Shown: positions 51,603-62,367, counted from the first letter of the stretch. The stretch is 64,000 nucleotides of DNA from Truepera sp. (GCA_965218435.1 CBDCKW010000005.1:192001-256000), one strand, 5' to 3'. The notes: generated from the letters alone by a model not told the origin. Program-made: numbers and translations.

Positions 51603-52709
51603 GTGTCAGCTTCGCCCTCCACTAAAAGCACGCTCACCCCCACACGCCCCTTCGAGATCGGTCTCTACTCGTTTGCCGAGCTGACCCCCGACCCCGCGAC
51701 GGGTCAAGTTTTCAGTCCGGGGGAGCGCCTACGCGACCTTTTGGAAGAGATTGAACTGGCGGATCAGGTCGGGCTCGACGTCTACGGCTTGGGCGAGCAT
51801 CACCGTGCCGACTTTGTGGCGTCAGCGCCCGCCGTTGTCTTGGCTGCCGCAGCTACTCGTACGAAACGCATCCGCCTGAGTAGCGCCGTGACAGTCCTCA
51901 GCTCGGACGATCCGGTGCGTGTGTTTCAAGCTTTTGCCACGCTCGATCTACTTTCACAGGGGCGTGCCGAGATTATGGCGGGGCGCGGCTCGTTCGTCGA
52001 GTCGTATCCACTTTTTGGTTACGACTTAAGCGACTACGACGCTCTCTTTTCGGAAAAGTTGGAGCTTTTGCTCGCTATCCGGCAAGATGAGTTTGTTACC
52101 TGGTCGGGCAAACATCGTCCCAGCCTCGACCATCTAGGGATCTATCCGCGCCCCGTGCAGGACGAACTGCCGATCTGGATCGCGGTCGGCGGCACGCCCG
52201 AGTCGGTCGTGCGGGCTGGACATTTCGGGTTGCCGCTGGCTCTCGCCATCATTGGCGGGATGCCCGAACGTTTCGTACCGTTTGCCGACCTCTACCGCGA
52301 TTCTGCTGCGCGCTCAGGCTACACAGACCTCCCCGTCAGCATCAACTCGCACGCGTACCTAGCTGCTACCAGGCAACAGGCTGTTTCTGAGTACTACCCT
52401 TCCTACGCGCTCCTGATGAACCGTATTGGGCGTGAGCGCGGCTGGTCGGGAATGTCGCTTCCCCAGTTTGAAGCGCTGTGTTCGCTGCGCGGTGCCCTCG
52501 CGGTTGGAACCCCCGAAGCGGTTACCGAAAAGATCCTTTTCCAGCACGAGCTGTTTGGGCACCAGCGGTTTATGGCGCAGCTGAGCGTCGGGACGCTCCC
52601 ACATAGTCAGGTCATGCACGCCATCGAACTCTTAGGGACGAAGGTCGCGCCGGTGGTGCGAGCAGAAGTTGCACGCCGCACCAAGAGGCGTTCGGCAGTG
52701 GGTATTTGA
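51603..52709 (+). CDS. LLM class flavin-dependent oxidoreductase (luciferase-like)
   Basis: [30 protein letters not shown]. Confidence 0.92.
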   Translation: MSASPSTKSTLTPTRPFEIGLYSFAELTPDPATGQVFSPGERLRDLLEEIELADQVGLDVYGLGEHHRADFVASAPAVVLAAAATRTKRIRLSSAVTVLSSDDPVRVFQAFATLDLLSQGRAEIMAGRGSFVESYPLFGYDLSDYDALFSEKLELLLAIRQDEFVTWSGKHRPSLDHLGIYPRPVQDELPIWIAVGGTPESVVRAGHFGLPLALAIIGGMPERFVPFADLYRDSAARSGYTDLPVSINSHAYLAATRQQAVSEYYPSYALLMNRIGRERGWSGMSLPQFEALCSLRGALAVGTPEAVTEKILFQHELFGHQRFMAQLSVGTLPHSQVMHAIELLGTKVAPVVRAEVARRTKRRSAVGI

Positions 52710-52758
52710 CTTTACCTATAAGGGAACTACCTCTTTCTGCTCAAGCAAGCCCGGTACT

Positions 52759-53521
52759 GGCGTTGTTACATTAACTTTGGCTAAGATTGTTGAATACAGC
52801 TTGCTTACGCAACCGGCCGTACCTTTTATGCGGTTGCCACTAACTCAGTCACTTCGCGCCAAGTTGCGAACCGCTCAGACAGAGTTTGGCGGTAGTCGGC
52901 TGCTTCAAGCAAATGGCAAGATGGGCGAAAGTGAGTGTTGAGGGGCTCGAAGATGGACAGAAAGCGCCCTACATGGCCGGGAGACTTGAAGCACTGATAG
53001 CAGCCCCACGATAGGGCAAGGCCCACGTACTTGCCCCACTAGGGGCGGGCTAGTGCCCGTACAAGTGGCCGTACCCTAGGGCGGGTCTAGTGACCCCTAT
53101 GCTGAAGCGCCCGTTCTCGTCGCCTCGTTCTCTGATGCGAGTTCTCAGCACGGTTGTTTAGATACCGGCTCTGACGATGTTCAGTGTGGTGCAGCAACGC
53201 AGGGCAGCCCTATAGCTTCGTAGCTTGTCGGTCACGACCACCCTTGGCTTGGCGTTGTCCCGCAGCAGTTTGCGTAAAGAACGCTTGGCTGCCCTTTTGT
53301 CACGTTTGCTTGTCACCAGGATGTCGAGTGTATTGCCCATTTGATCGACTGCCCTCCACAGGTAGCGCCGTTCGCCACCGATATCCCGAAGCGGTAGTAA
53401 AGCCAGAGGCAGTGATTGATGATCTCGGCGGGGAAGCGGTGACGTTTGTAGAGGTCGGTGCTCATAAGTTGCCAACCTTAACATGAGCCTTGAGTTGCCC
53501 CGGAGTTAATGTGACAATTCC
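52759..53521 (-). mobile_element. IS6-family remnant with internal deletion and a hairpin-array insert
   Basis: TIRs GGcgTTGTtACATTAACT / GGaaTTGTcACATTAACT; YLWRAVDQ, VTDKLRSY, FKSPGH. Confidence 0.82.
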
Positions 53522-53548
53522 CGACTGCGGCTTTCATCCGTCTCCTCT

Positions 53549-54175
53549 CTATCTTATGCCTTTCACGAAGTGGAGCTCGACGCCCGAGAGCGGCGCGCCG
53601 ACGTCGTGCAGGGCTCCGCCCCGTGCCAGCGATCCCAGGTCGAGCGCTTTGAAGCCGAGGCTGTCGAGCAGATCGATAACGACGCGCTTTGCCTCCTGGT
53701 CGTCACCCGAAGTAAAGAGAACCGTTCGGGGCTTGTTCGGACTGAAGTCCTTGATCCACTCCATCGGAATGTTACTGATGGACTTTACAAGCCGGGCACC
53801 CGGTACCAGCTCGGACACGATTTCGCTCGACGTACGACCACCCAGCGCAGTGCGCGAGCGCGCGATCCCTGCGGGGCTGAAGTCGGCGGGTTTGTTGGCG
53901 TGGGCATTGGTGGCATCAATGAGGATTTGGCCATCCCACCTTAACCCTTCAACGGCCTTCGGCACGTCAGGCCAGTGGACAGAGAGAACGACCAAGTCTG
54001 TCTTCAAGACATCGTCCCGCGTCCCCGCTTCCGCGCCGTCGCCGAGTTCAGCGACGACATCGGCGAGGGTGTCAGGCCTGCGAGAGTTGGAGATCATCAC
54101 CTGGTGTCCGTTGACGAGCATGTGGCGCGCTATCGTACGTACTGCATTACCCGCTCCAATAATTCCGATACGCAT
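53549..54175 (-). CDS. NADPH-dependent F420 reductase-like (F420_oxidored) protein
   Basis: MRIGIIGAGN, IDATN, LVKS, SGDD.EAK motifs. Confidence 0.85.
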   Translation of the reverse strand: MRIGIIGAGNAVRTIARHMLVNGHQVMISNSRRPDTLADVVAELGDGAEAGTRDDVLKTDLVVLSVHWPDVPKAVEGLRWDGQILIDATNAHANKPADFSPAGIARSRTALGGRTSSEIVSELVPGARLVKSISNIPMEWIKDFSPNKPRTVLFTSGDDQEAKRVVIDLLDSLGFKALDLGSLARGGALHDVGAPLSGVELHFVKGIR

Positions 54176-54340
54176 AGCGATCATCTCCCAATTGCAATTA
54201 TTATAGGGTAGTATTCCCTGCGTTCGCGTCTTAAAGGCGCGTGGCAACTCCGAAGACCGGATTATTGCGATGGCGATTTGTCTTCACTGCGGTGCGACGC
54301 CGACGGTCGCCGCTTCAGGAAGGGCGTTCCCAACCTGTCC

Positions 54341-54378
54341 CGGGGGGCTGCCGACGACAACGCGTCGGCAGCCCCCCG
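54341..54378. terminator. GC-rich stem-loop downstream of the 54400-54942 gene
   Basis: CGGGGGGCTGCCGACG...CGTCGGCAGCCCCCCG, 16-bp stem. Confidence 0.6.
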
Positions 54379-54399
54379 TGTATGAGCGGGGCGGTTCGA

Positions 54400-54942
54400 T
54401 CAGAGCTCGCCAGGCACGGCGAATCGGTAGAACACCCCGCCGACCGGCTGAATACCGATCAGTAGCCACACCGCGTTCTCGAAGTCGCGGGCTCGTGACA
54501 GGTCCCCAACGTTGACCGGATCGTACCCGGCATCGCGGATAAGCTGCTCAGTGACCTCGCGGGCACCGTCGTCGGCGACGTACAGGTTGCTCGGTCGCAC
54601 CCGCTGCTCCTGCACCACGCCGAACAGCTTCCCGAAGTTCATGTTGAAGCTCTTGGCAACCGGGGCGTGGGTGAAAGACTTCACTTCGTGGGCGTAGGAC
54701 TCGAAATCGCCATGACGCTCGGGTAAGACGTTTGTCGCGTCGATTGCGATCTTTCCTTCCAGCCCGCTTACCCGGCTCAGAGCCGGCGAGATTTGTGGAC
54801 CGGGAACCGCAACTAGGACGACGTCGGCATCCGAAGCGTCTCCACCGTTACGCCCAAGCTCGTCGACCTCGTGGCCTGCGTTCCGCCAAAAGTTGGCTAG
54901 CCCTCCACCGATCTTCCCTCGTCCAATCGTCACAATCTTCAT
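54400..54942 (-). CDS. Second F420_oxidored/dinucleotide-binding oxidoreductase
   Basis: GRGKIGG, IDATN and AKSFN motifs. Confidence 0.82.
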   Translation of the reverse strand: MKIVTIGRGKIGGGLANFWRNAGHEVDELGRNGGDASDADVVLVAVPGPQISPALSRVSGLEGKIAIDATNVLPERHGDFESYAHEVKSFTHAPVAKSFNMNFGKLFGVVQEQRVRPSNLYVADDGAREVTEQLIRDAGYDPVNVGDLSRARDFENAVWLLIGIQPVGGVFYRFAVPGEL

Positions 54943-55160
54943 TTCGGTCTCCCATGGGCTGAGGGGACGGGTCGTGACGGCGCAGCTTGCGGATGGGTAG
55001 GTTGAGTGCTCATCTTATCTTCTTTCTGTCGCAGGTCGTCTCGTTACGGACTTGAAATGAGTGTGGCCTGTTCTAGGCTCGAGTGGGCAGGTCGGCACCT
55101 GCTTCTGCTTCGTTTCGCTTGCGGAACTTTCCGGGACGCTCGCTTCTCCGAGCGGACGTG

Positions 55161-56491
55161 TTACCTGAGTAGGCTAGGCCGGTACTCCGGAAAGGCCGAG
55201 CGAATGCGGCCGAGTACCCGGTCGCGTGACGCTTCGACCCGCAGGCGTAAGCTGTCGATATCGACTCCGACGAGCTCATGATTCCATTTCACGGTGCGGC
55301 CCGCGATAAAGACGTGCCGGACATTGCTGGCGTCCATCATCGTGACTACCGTGTTTGGGGCGTTGTTCATCGGGATAGTGTTGATGAGTTCTGCGTCCAG
55401 CATAATGATGTCGGCAGCTTTGCCAGGGGTGAGTGAACCGATCTTGTGCTCGAGCTGCGTCGCCCGTGCGCCGGCCATGGTGGCCATCTCGAGAACTTGC
55501 CTGGTGGTAAGGAGTTGCGGTAAGTCCTCTTCGCCCGCGAGGTAACGCTCATTCAGGAGAGCCCGTTGCAGGGTAAAGGTCGAACGCATGATCGAAAACA
55601 TGTCGGCGGTCATGTTAGTTTCTACATCCGCATTGAGGCTTGGGAGAATACCGTGGTCTAACGCCTGCTGCAGGGGGGGCATCCCGTGTCGCATCTGCAT
55701 CTCGATCGGTGTGGCCATCGAGAGATGACCGCCGGACGCGGCGATAAGCTCGAACATCTCGTCAGGCAACCGGGTCGCGTGGATGTAAAGCATGTCGGGG
55801 CCGAGTAAACCCATCTCCGACGCCCTGCGGATAGGTTCTGAGCCGGAAGGTCCGACTTCGCCAAAGGCGTGAGAGATGAGCGGAGCGCCAAAGGCTCGAG
55901 CCAGCTCTAGATTCTCCACACTCACAAAACCGCCCAGCCCGAGCGTGACTAACTGATCGTCGGACGAGAAGTATCAGGATCTGAGTCGACCTAGGCCCCG
56001 CCTTATGTTTCCAATGGTGCCGGGGTACTCGTAGCCGGGTGAGTCTGTCCGGCCTTCAGAGTAGGCAAAGAGTGCGCGGGCACCCGAGTCTATAAGCCCT
56101 TGGATCATGGCGTCCGTATGCTCAGGGGTGTGCGAGCTCTGCGAAGTGTCGATACCTGTCGTAACGCCAGCACTGATCTGATTCAGGGCGGCAACAAGCT
56201 CGGAGATGTAGTTGTCTTCAGGATCGTAAGGCGAGCGCCCCAAATCGAACTCGTCATTTTGACCCTGCGTCCAGAGGCTTTGCACAACTGAGAAGTAAGT
56301 CTGTGCGGGCCAACTGCCGGTGGCGTCAAACCCGAGGACACCGTTGGACACGATGCTCCGCTGAATCGTTTCGTAACGGTGGTGGTGCGTATTAACGAAG
56401 CCGGGCATGACGATCATGCCTGAAGCGTCGACAAGCTGGACCGCTGAGGCCTCAATATTCGGCCCAACCTCGAGGATCTTGCCGCCTTCGA
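55161..56491 (-). pseudogene. Amidohydrolase (deaminase-like), 5'-truncated and frameshifted near 55975
   Basis: VEGGKILEVG...MPGFVNTHHH; IGSLTPGKAADI; NVRHVFIAG. Confidence 0.8.
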
Positions 56492-57426
56492 CTCGAGCCC
56501 CGCATTCAAGCTCTCCAAGAAGCCTACATCCGCAAGGTGGTTGACACGGTGCAGGACTTGCCTAACGTTCTCTATGAAGTCGCCAACGAGTCGCCGGGCG
56601 GCGGGTCTATCGATGAAACCTTTGCCCAGATGTTGGGCCTGTCGGAAGTCCCTGACTGGGGAGACACCACGCAGTGGCAGTATTGGGTCATCAACGTCTT
56701 AAAGCAGTACGAGGAGGAGATGGGCTACACCAAACATCCCATCGGGATGACGATGCAGTTTCCCGTCGCCGACCAAACCAAGGTCAACGACGTGCTCTTC
56801 AACAGCCCCGCTGATTGGATTTCACCCGGCTATGACGACGACATCTTCACGGAGGGTCGCAACCCGATGGCACCGGGGAGTCCGCCGTCCAGGTGGTTCG
56901 ACGACCCGCCCGCCGCCGACGGCCGTAAAGTCATCCTCAGCGACACCGACCACTACTCGTCCATGAAGAGTAACGCGCTGTGGGCTTGGAAGTCTTCCTT
57001 CGCGGTCACAACCCGATTTTGTACGACCTCAGGATTATTAACGGAGTGAACCCTCCCGACCCCTCGGCGGGGACGCCCTCTTTCGCGTCCTATGAAGCGG
57101 CGCGCTACGCGCTGGGGGACACCCTGCGCTATGCGGAGCGGATGCAGCTGATTGACATGAACCCACGAGGCGAACTCAGCTCGACGGGTTACGTGCTGGC
57201 AAATCCCGGCCAGGCGTACCTGGTTCTCGAGCCCGGTGAAACGACTGAACCCTTCACGGTGACGCTCGACGCAGGTACTTACACGGTCGAATGGTTCAGT
57301 GTCAACAGCCGCAAGACGAAAGAAGCTGACGAACTCACGGTCGAGAGCAAGGCAAGTCTTAGCTTCACCGCGCCGTTCGCCGAGACTGGTCCGTCCGTGG
57401 TGTGTCTAAAGCAGGTTAGCCGCTGA
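56492..57426 (+). pseudogene. Glycoside-hydrolase-like protein with putative collagen-binding-type C-terminal domain; 5'-truncated, frameshift near 56995
   Basis: QEAYIRKVVDTV..LPNVLYEVANE, SDTDH, (W)FLRGHNP, YVLANPGQAYLV, YTVEWF. Confidence 0.65.
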
Positions 57427-57450
57427 TTAAGTAGTTCCGAACTCACTTAC

Positions 57451-57686
57451 CTAGAGGCTGTGATGAACTTCCGAAGCGGGTCTTGCTCAGTTGGGAATGC
57501 TCGCAGTGTTCCGTCCTGCTGGGCTTTTCTAAGGCTCCACTTGACTTTTACAAGCCTTACGGAACTTGTCCTTGACGGTTGGGTAGTTGCCGTACCTGAA
57601 GGTATGAGCAGGCTCAGGGCCGAAACTTGCGGCTACAACGGCTTCCAGAAACTCATCTTGTGACTGGAGTTCATAACACGCTCTAG
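57451..57686. mobile_element. MITE-like element of about 236 bp
   Basis: CTAGAGGCTGTGATGAACT ... AGTTCATAACACGCTCTAG ends; no credible ORF inside. Confidence 0.6.
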
Positions 57687-57697
57687 GGAAGCAATTT

Positions 57698-58405
57698 ATG
57701 ACGAGCACAAATACAGACCCAAGCGCAACTCAGTTTATCGAGAGGTTGGAAGCTTACCTTTCACCTGAGCAAGCGGTCAAGTACAGAGACGCATTGGCGC
57801 AAGGCGAGGGTGACACAACGATAAACGTACGGATGGGCCAAGTCTTCGCTCTGGCTAAGGAGTTTATCGACATGCCGATACGTGAAGTTGAAGTCTTGCT
57901 CGAGAGCCCCGTCCACGAAGTGCGTGTTGGCGCAGTAAGCATCATGGACTTTCAGGCCCGCCGCAAAAAGACGCCTGAAGCTCGTAGACGAGAACTTTTT
58001 GACCTGTACCTGAAACGTCATGACAGGATCAACAACTGGGATTTGGTAGATAGAGCCGCACCTTACGTCATCGGCGGCTACTTGTTTGACAAACCCCGTG
58101 ACGTTTTGTACGAGCTAGCTCGCTCTAAAAATGTTTGGGAACGCCGCACGGCCATTACCAGCACTTACTACTTTCTGAGACAAGGTGACGTGACGGATAC
58201 CTTCAACATCTCGGAAATACTGCTTAATGACGACCAACATCTCATTCATACAGCCGTTGGCGGGTGGCTGCGTGAAGCAGGTAAAAAAGACCTTCAAAGC
58301 CTGTTGAGCTTTTTAGATGAACATGCTACCACCATGCCGCGTGTTGCCTTGCGTTACGCCACCGAACACCTCGAGAAGCCAAAAGGGAGCATTACTGGAG
58401 CCTGA
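57698..58405 (+). CDS. DNA alkylation repair protein (AlkD-like HEAT repeat)
   Basis: INNWDLVD, WERR, AVGGWLREAGK, MPRVALRYA. Confidence 0.88.
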   Translation: MTSTNTDPSATQFIERLEAYLSPEQAVKYRDALAQGEGDTTINVRMGQVFALAKEFIDMPIREVEVLLESPVHEVRVGAVSIMDFQARRKKTPEARRRELFDLYLKRHDRINNWDLVDRAAPYVIGGYLFDKPRDVLYELARSKNVWERRTAITSTYYFLRQGDVTDTFNISEILLNDDQHLIHTAVGGWLREAGKKDLQSLLSFLDEHATTMPRVALRYATEHLEKPKGSITGA

Positions 58406-58633
58406 AGAAAGTCCAGGAAAACCGTGTCTCAAAAGGGAGAGAATGGTGCAAAGAAACTGGTTGATCGTTCTGAGTGTATTCGTTGGTTTGATGTCCAACC
58501 TTGGTTGTAGAAAAGCCATGACCTTTGAAGCGGTTGACGACGTTGCCGGGGTTGACTTGTTAGGCGAAAAATTGCGAGTGGGTGGGGACGACCGCGCAAG
58601 AGAACTTCTGGCTAGCAGTAAGGCTGCTTTATC

Positions 58634-59233
58634 ATGAGTCTCCGTGTGGTGGGTGCTGGGCTACCGCGTACGGGTACAAGCTCGCTCAAGGAAGCCCTCG
58701 AGCATCTCCTGGACGGACCTTGCTACCACATGCGGGAGATTCCCAACCACCCTTACAATTTGGGAGTGGGCTGGCAAACCGCACTTGCAGGAGAGTACCC
58801 TGACTGGGAAGAATTATTAGCTGGCTACGTTGCGACCGTAGATTGGCCTGCTTCCATGTTTTGGCGGGACCTAAGTGAAGCCAATCCTGATGCGCTGGTC
58901 CTCCTTTCCGTCCGTGATTCGCCAGCTCAGTGGCATCAGAGTGCCGACCAGAGCATTTTGCCCTACGCTCGTATGGCTCTTGCACCCGAGTGGCGGGAAG
59001 GGCGCGATTTTCTAACCCTTTTAGAACGGTTTACGGGCAGCCGACAATGGGATAACGCCACGACACTCAAAACAGCTTATGAAAGACATAACGAGGCAGT
59101 ACGCCAAAGTGTACCGCCGCAGCGGCTTTTGGAATGGCGCGTTACCGACGGCTGGACACCTCTTTGTGAAGCACTCGGCTTGCCTGTTCCTACGACCCCG
59201 TTCCCTTGGAATAACAAAGATGGTGTTGCCTAA
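58634..59233 (+). CDS. Sulfotransferase-family P-loop protein
   Basis: VVGAGLPRTGTSSL...CYHM, VDWP, GWTPLC...PFP. Confidence 0.85.
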   Translation: MSLRVVGAGLPRTGTSSLKEALEHLLDGPCYHMREIPNHPYNLGVGWQTALAGEYPDWEELLAGYVATVDWPASMFWRDLSEANPDALVLLSVRDSPAQWHQSADQSILPYARMALAPEWREGRDFLTLLERFTGSRQWDNATTLKTAYERHNEAVRQSVPPQRLLEWRVTDGWTPLCEALGLPVPTTPFPWNNKDGVA

Positions 59234-59289
59234 GAGGAGCAGCAGTTCCCAACAGTAACAAGTTGGACTTGAAAATCAGGGAGGAAACA

Positions 59290-60021
59290 ATGCTTAGAAG
59301 ATGCTTGATCGTCCTAAATGTGTTCATCTGTCTATTGTTCAACTTCGGGTTAAGTCAAGAAGCGGTGAGCTTTGAAGCAGCTGACGGCGTAAAAGTTTTT
59401 GCTGACCTTTACTCGGCAGGTGACATATCCAACCCTATCGTGCTGCTCTTTCACCAGGCGGACTACAACAAAGAAGAGTACGAAGAGATTGCTCCCAGAC
59501 TCGTCGAAGCAGACTTTAACGCGCTGGCCGTAGACCAGCGTAGCGGTGGTAACGCCTATGGCGGTGAAAATCTCACAGTCAACGCTCTGGGTAAATCTAC
59601 GAGTTATCTCGAAGCTCTCCCTGACCTCGAGGCCGCTTTAACTTGGGCGAAAGAAAAAAGTTACCAAACCATCCTCATATGGGGTAGTAGCTACTCCTCT
59701 TCGCTCGTGTTCTTACTCGCAGCCGAACACCCCGAGATTGCTGGCGTCCTCTCGTTTTCACCTGGCGAGTATTTCCCCGAACCCAACCTCGTCCAAGAGG
59801 CTGCCGCGAAGGTTACGGTGCCTGTCTTTATTACCTCGGCAGGGGGTAGTGAAACCACCGAAGCTCATGCCATCTTTACGGCGGTGGCAAGTCCAGACAA
59901 GGTGGAATATGAGCCCGACGGGATCGGCGTACACGGTTCTTTGGCGCTTGTCGCATCTACGTCAACCATCCAAGAAGGTTACTGGACGGCGGTTCTTGGG
60001 TTTCTCGAGCGGATCAAGTGA
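59290..60021 (+). CDS. Secreted alpha/beta hydrolase (dienelactone hydrolase-like)
   Basis: Signal peptide, LFHQA, DQRSGG, WGSSYS nucleophile elbow, HGS. Confidence 0.8.
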   Translation: MLRRCLIVLNVFICLLFNFGLSQEAVSFEAADGVKVFADLYSAGDISNPIVLLFHQADYNKEEYEEIAPRLVEADFNALAVDQRSGGNAYGGENLTVNALGKSTSYLEALPDLEAALTWAKEKSYQTILIWGSSYSSSLVFLLAAEHPEIAGVLSFSPGEYFPEPNLVQEAAAKVTVPVFITSAGGSETTEAHAIFTAVASPDKVEYEPDGIGVHGSLALVASTSTIQEGYWTAVLGFLERIK

Positions 60022-60398
60022 ACCTGGTGGTAGCACGGTAGCAGATCAGAGCTACTAAAGGAGGTCGGAACTGGGACTAAATCAAGGAGGAACAGGTTAT
60101 GGACACTTTGGGCTGCCGCTTGCGTTGAACATGTCTCCTAAGGCTCGAGGAACTGTACCCGAGCGATGACTGGCTAAGGACGCTCCACATTCGCTCAACA
60201 TTTGCTGGCGTTGGGATTCACAGAAACGAAGAAAACTAGAAATCCAGGGAGCTAAATGCCACCGGGTCGAGCCGGGGAGCTTATGAGGACATTAACACGC
60301 TTATTCAGCAGAACTAATGTTGATCCTGAATATTTATCAACATACCTGTTTGAGAGACAGAGCTAAACATATGGCTCAAGCCCTGAACGGAGACAACT

Positions 60399-60773
60399 AT
60401 GACTATCAAACGCATTATCCCGGAGATTCGTTCTCGTGATGTTGAGGCGACTAAAGGCTTTTACTGTGGGTTACTAGGTCTCGAGGTCGGTATGGAAGAC
60501 GGTGCATTCCTGATGTTGAACTCGCCGACGAACCCAAGTGCTCAGTTGACCGTCAATGATAACGGACACCCTAGCCTTCCGCCCGGCTTTGCAGTTGATG
60601 TTGGTAGCGCGGACCAAGTTCAGAAAGTGTATGAAACCCTCACGAAGCGCGGCTTTCCCCTTGTCGAGCCACTCGAGGACAAGCCTTGGGGCATTCATCG
60701 TTTCTCAGTGATTGATCCCAACGGGGCAAGGGTGACCATTATTGGACATTTAGAAACGGATAGCAGTTCCTGA
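60399..60773 (+). CDS. VOC/glyoxalase family protein
   Basis: FYCGLLG, PWGIHRF..IDPNG. Confidence 0.88.
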   Translation: MTIKRIIPEIRSRDVEATKGFYCGLLGLEVGMEDGAFLMLNSPTNPSAQLTVNDNGHPSLPPGFAVDVGSADQVQKVYETLTKRGFPLVEPLEDKPWGIHRFSVIDPNGARVTIIGHLETDSSS

Positions 60774-60971
60774 CAGGAGCAAGTGAGTCTTGAAAATTAA
60801 GATCGACGCCTATCTGATTGTTGTCCATCCGGCTGTACTCACGGCCGGTCCACGAATGTTCGAGAGCTTTTCTGAAGACCTCGCTCTGGCACTCGTTGAA
60901 AGGTTTTTAACGCGGGCGTGGTCGTCCTGCACTACAACGTGAAGATGCCATGACATGAAAAAGGAGACTAT

Positions 60972-61517
60972 ATGGGAAACGTCTTTTTAGATATGGCGAT
61001 GTCGCTCGACGGGTTTGTCGGCGGGTTGGACAGTAAAGACTACGGGCTCTACGACTGGTACTTTGCGCCCTCGAGGGACGCAGCGTTTGTCCAGAACGAA
61101 CTCATCGAACGAATGAGGGCGATGATCCTTGGCAAAGGCGTTTTTGGAGATGAGCCGGGTGGGTTTGAGACACCTTATAAAGTGCTCCATTTTGTCCTTA
61201 CGCACGAAGCTAGGCCGAGCGTTGAAAACGCCGGGACGACCTTTACTTTCGTCACTGAGGGAATTGAACGTACCCTAAGCCAGGCTCGTGCGGCCGCTGG
61301 TGACTAAAACGTCTGTGTCGCCGGTGGCGCGAATACAGCGCAGCAGTTTCCAAAAGCTGGACTCGTGGGCAAAGTACAAATCCACCTCGTACCTGTCTTG
61401 ATCGGAGACGGGCTTCGGTTGTTCGAGCATCTGGGTTCCGAAGATGCCAAGTTGGAGAAAACTAGGGTGCTCGAGTCCGGCGGCGTCACTCACCTTCGCT
61501 TTCGCATTATCAACTAG
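60972..61517 (+). pseudogene. Dihydrofolate reductase/RibD C-terminal family protein with in-frame TAA at 61305-61307
   Basis: MSLDGFV...; after the stop the frame continues NVCVAGGANTAQQF...PVLIGDGLRLF...HLRFRIIN to TAG at 61517. Confidence 0.82.
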
Positions 61518-61739
61518 AGCATGTTATGAACTCTGAGGCAATTGTAGCTGCTGAACGTGCGTCCTATACAGCAGTTGAACTGTTCAGCTGTTTCGGTATT
61601 CCGGACTCGAGCCTACCTTTAAGCTTTGAGCACGCGCAAAAAGACACTGCCGAAAGTTCAAAAAGCCTTACTGGGACGGAGTTCCCAAGCGTTGACCAAA
61701 CAGCTTGGAGCAATCTCCAAGGTTCATAACACGCTTTAG
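61514..61739. mobile_element. MITE-like element of about 226 bp, inserted at the stop codon of the DHFR-like gene
   Basis: CTAGAGCATGTTATGAACT ... GGTTCATAACACGCTTTAG ends. Confidence 0.65.
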
Positions 61740-61828
61740 AAAGGGTACTTGAGGAGGCCGCAGCATTCTAGCAGTCAATTATTTAAGAAAGTGGACAATT
61801 TGATGTCCCCAACTGGAGGAAAGACACA

Positions 61829-62239
61829 ATGAGTATGAGAGTGAGCGCAACCGGAACAATCGAGGCCAAGACCTGGAATTTTGAGCCTATTGAAGAACTC
61901 GGAGGCGGTAGTAAGTTGATTCGGATGAGCGCCACAGACCTCTTTCATGGAGACATCGAGGGCGAGGCTCGAGCGGAATTTGTGGCTATGGTCGCCAGCG
62001 ACAAATCAAGTGAGTTCGCTGGCATCTATCGGTTCTCAGGGAGCTTAAACGGTCGTCAGGGCACGTTCCTGCTCAACGCAACTGGTGCAAGTGATACGAA
62101 CGGAGCCACGCGGGGAACCTGGCGCGTTATAGACGGCTCGGGCACCCGTGAACTCAGCGGCGTTAAAGGTATGGGGGCCTTCGCCTATAGGTCGGGTGGA
62201 CCATCATCTTTAACGCTTGACTACGACTTGGACTTTTAG
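61829..62239 (+). CDS. DUF3224-like beta-barrel protein
   Basis: FHGDIEG, FSGSLNGRQGTF, GSGTRELSGVKG. Confidence 0.75.
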   Translation: MSMRVSATGTIEAKTWNFEPIEELGGGSKLIRMSATDLFHGDIEGEARAEFVAMVASDKSSEFAGIYRFSGSLNGRQGTFLLNATGASDTNGATRGTWRVIDGSGTRELSGVKGMGAFAYRSGGPSSLTLDYDLDF

Positions 62240-62367
62240 AAAATTCGTGGAGGCCGCAGCGTCGTGGCGAGTTTTTTGGAGAGAATAAACATTGCGGAAT
62301 AAGAGGTAACGAGACCTCAAAACTCAGCTGGGCTGTTCTTTTGACCCATAGGGAAGAAGAGGAATCT

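Noticed and set aside
60245..60285. Possible IS200/IS605-type end hairpin or ncRNA
   Set aside because: The hairpin is imperfect, single-copy in the window, and has no tnpA/tnpB nearby.
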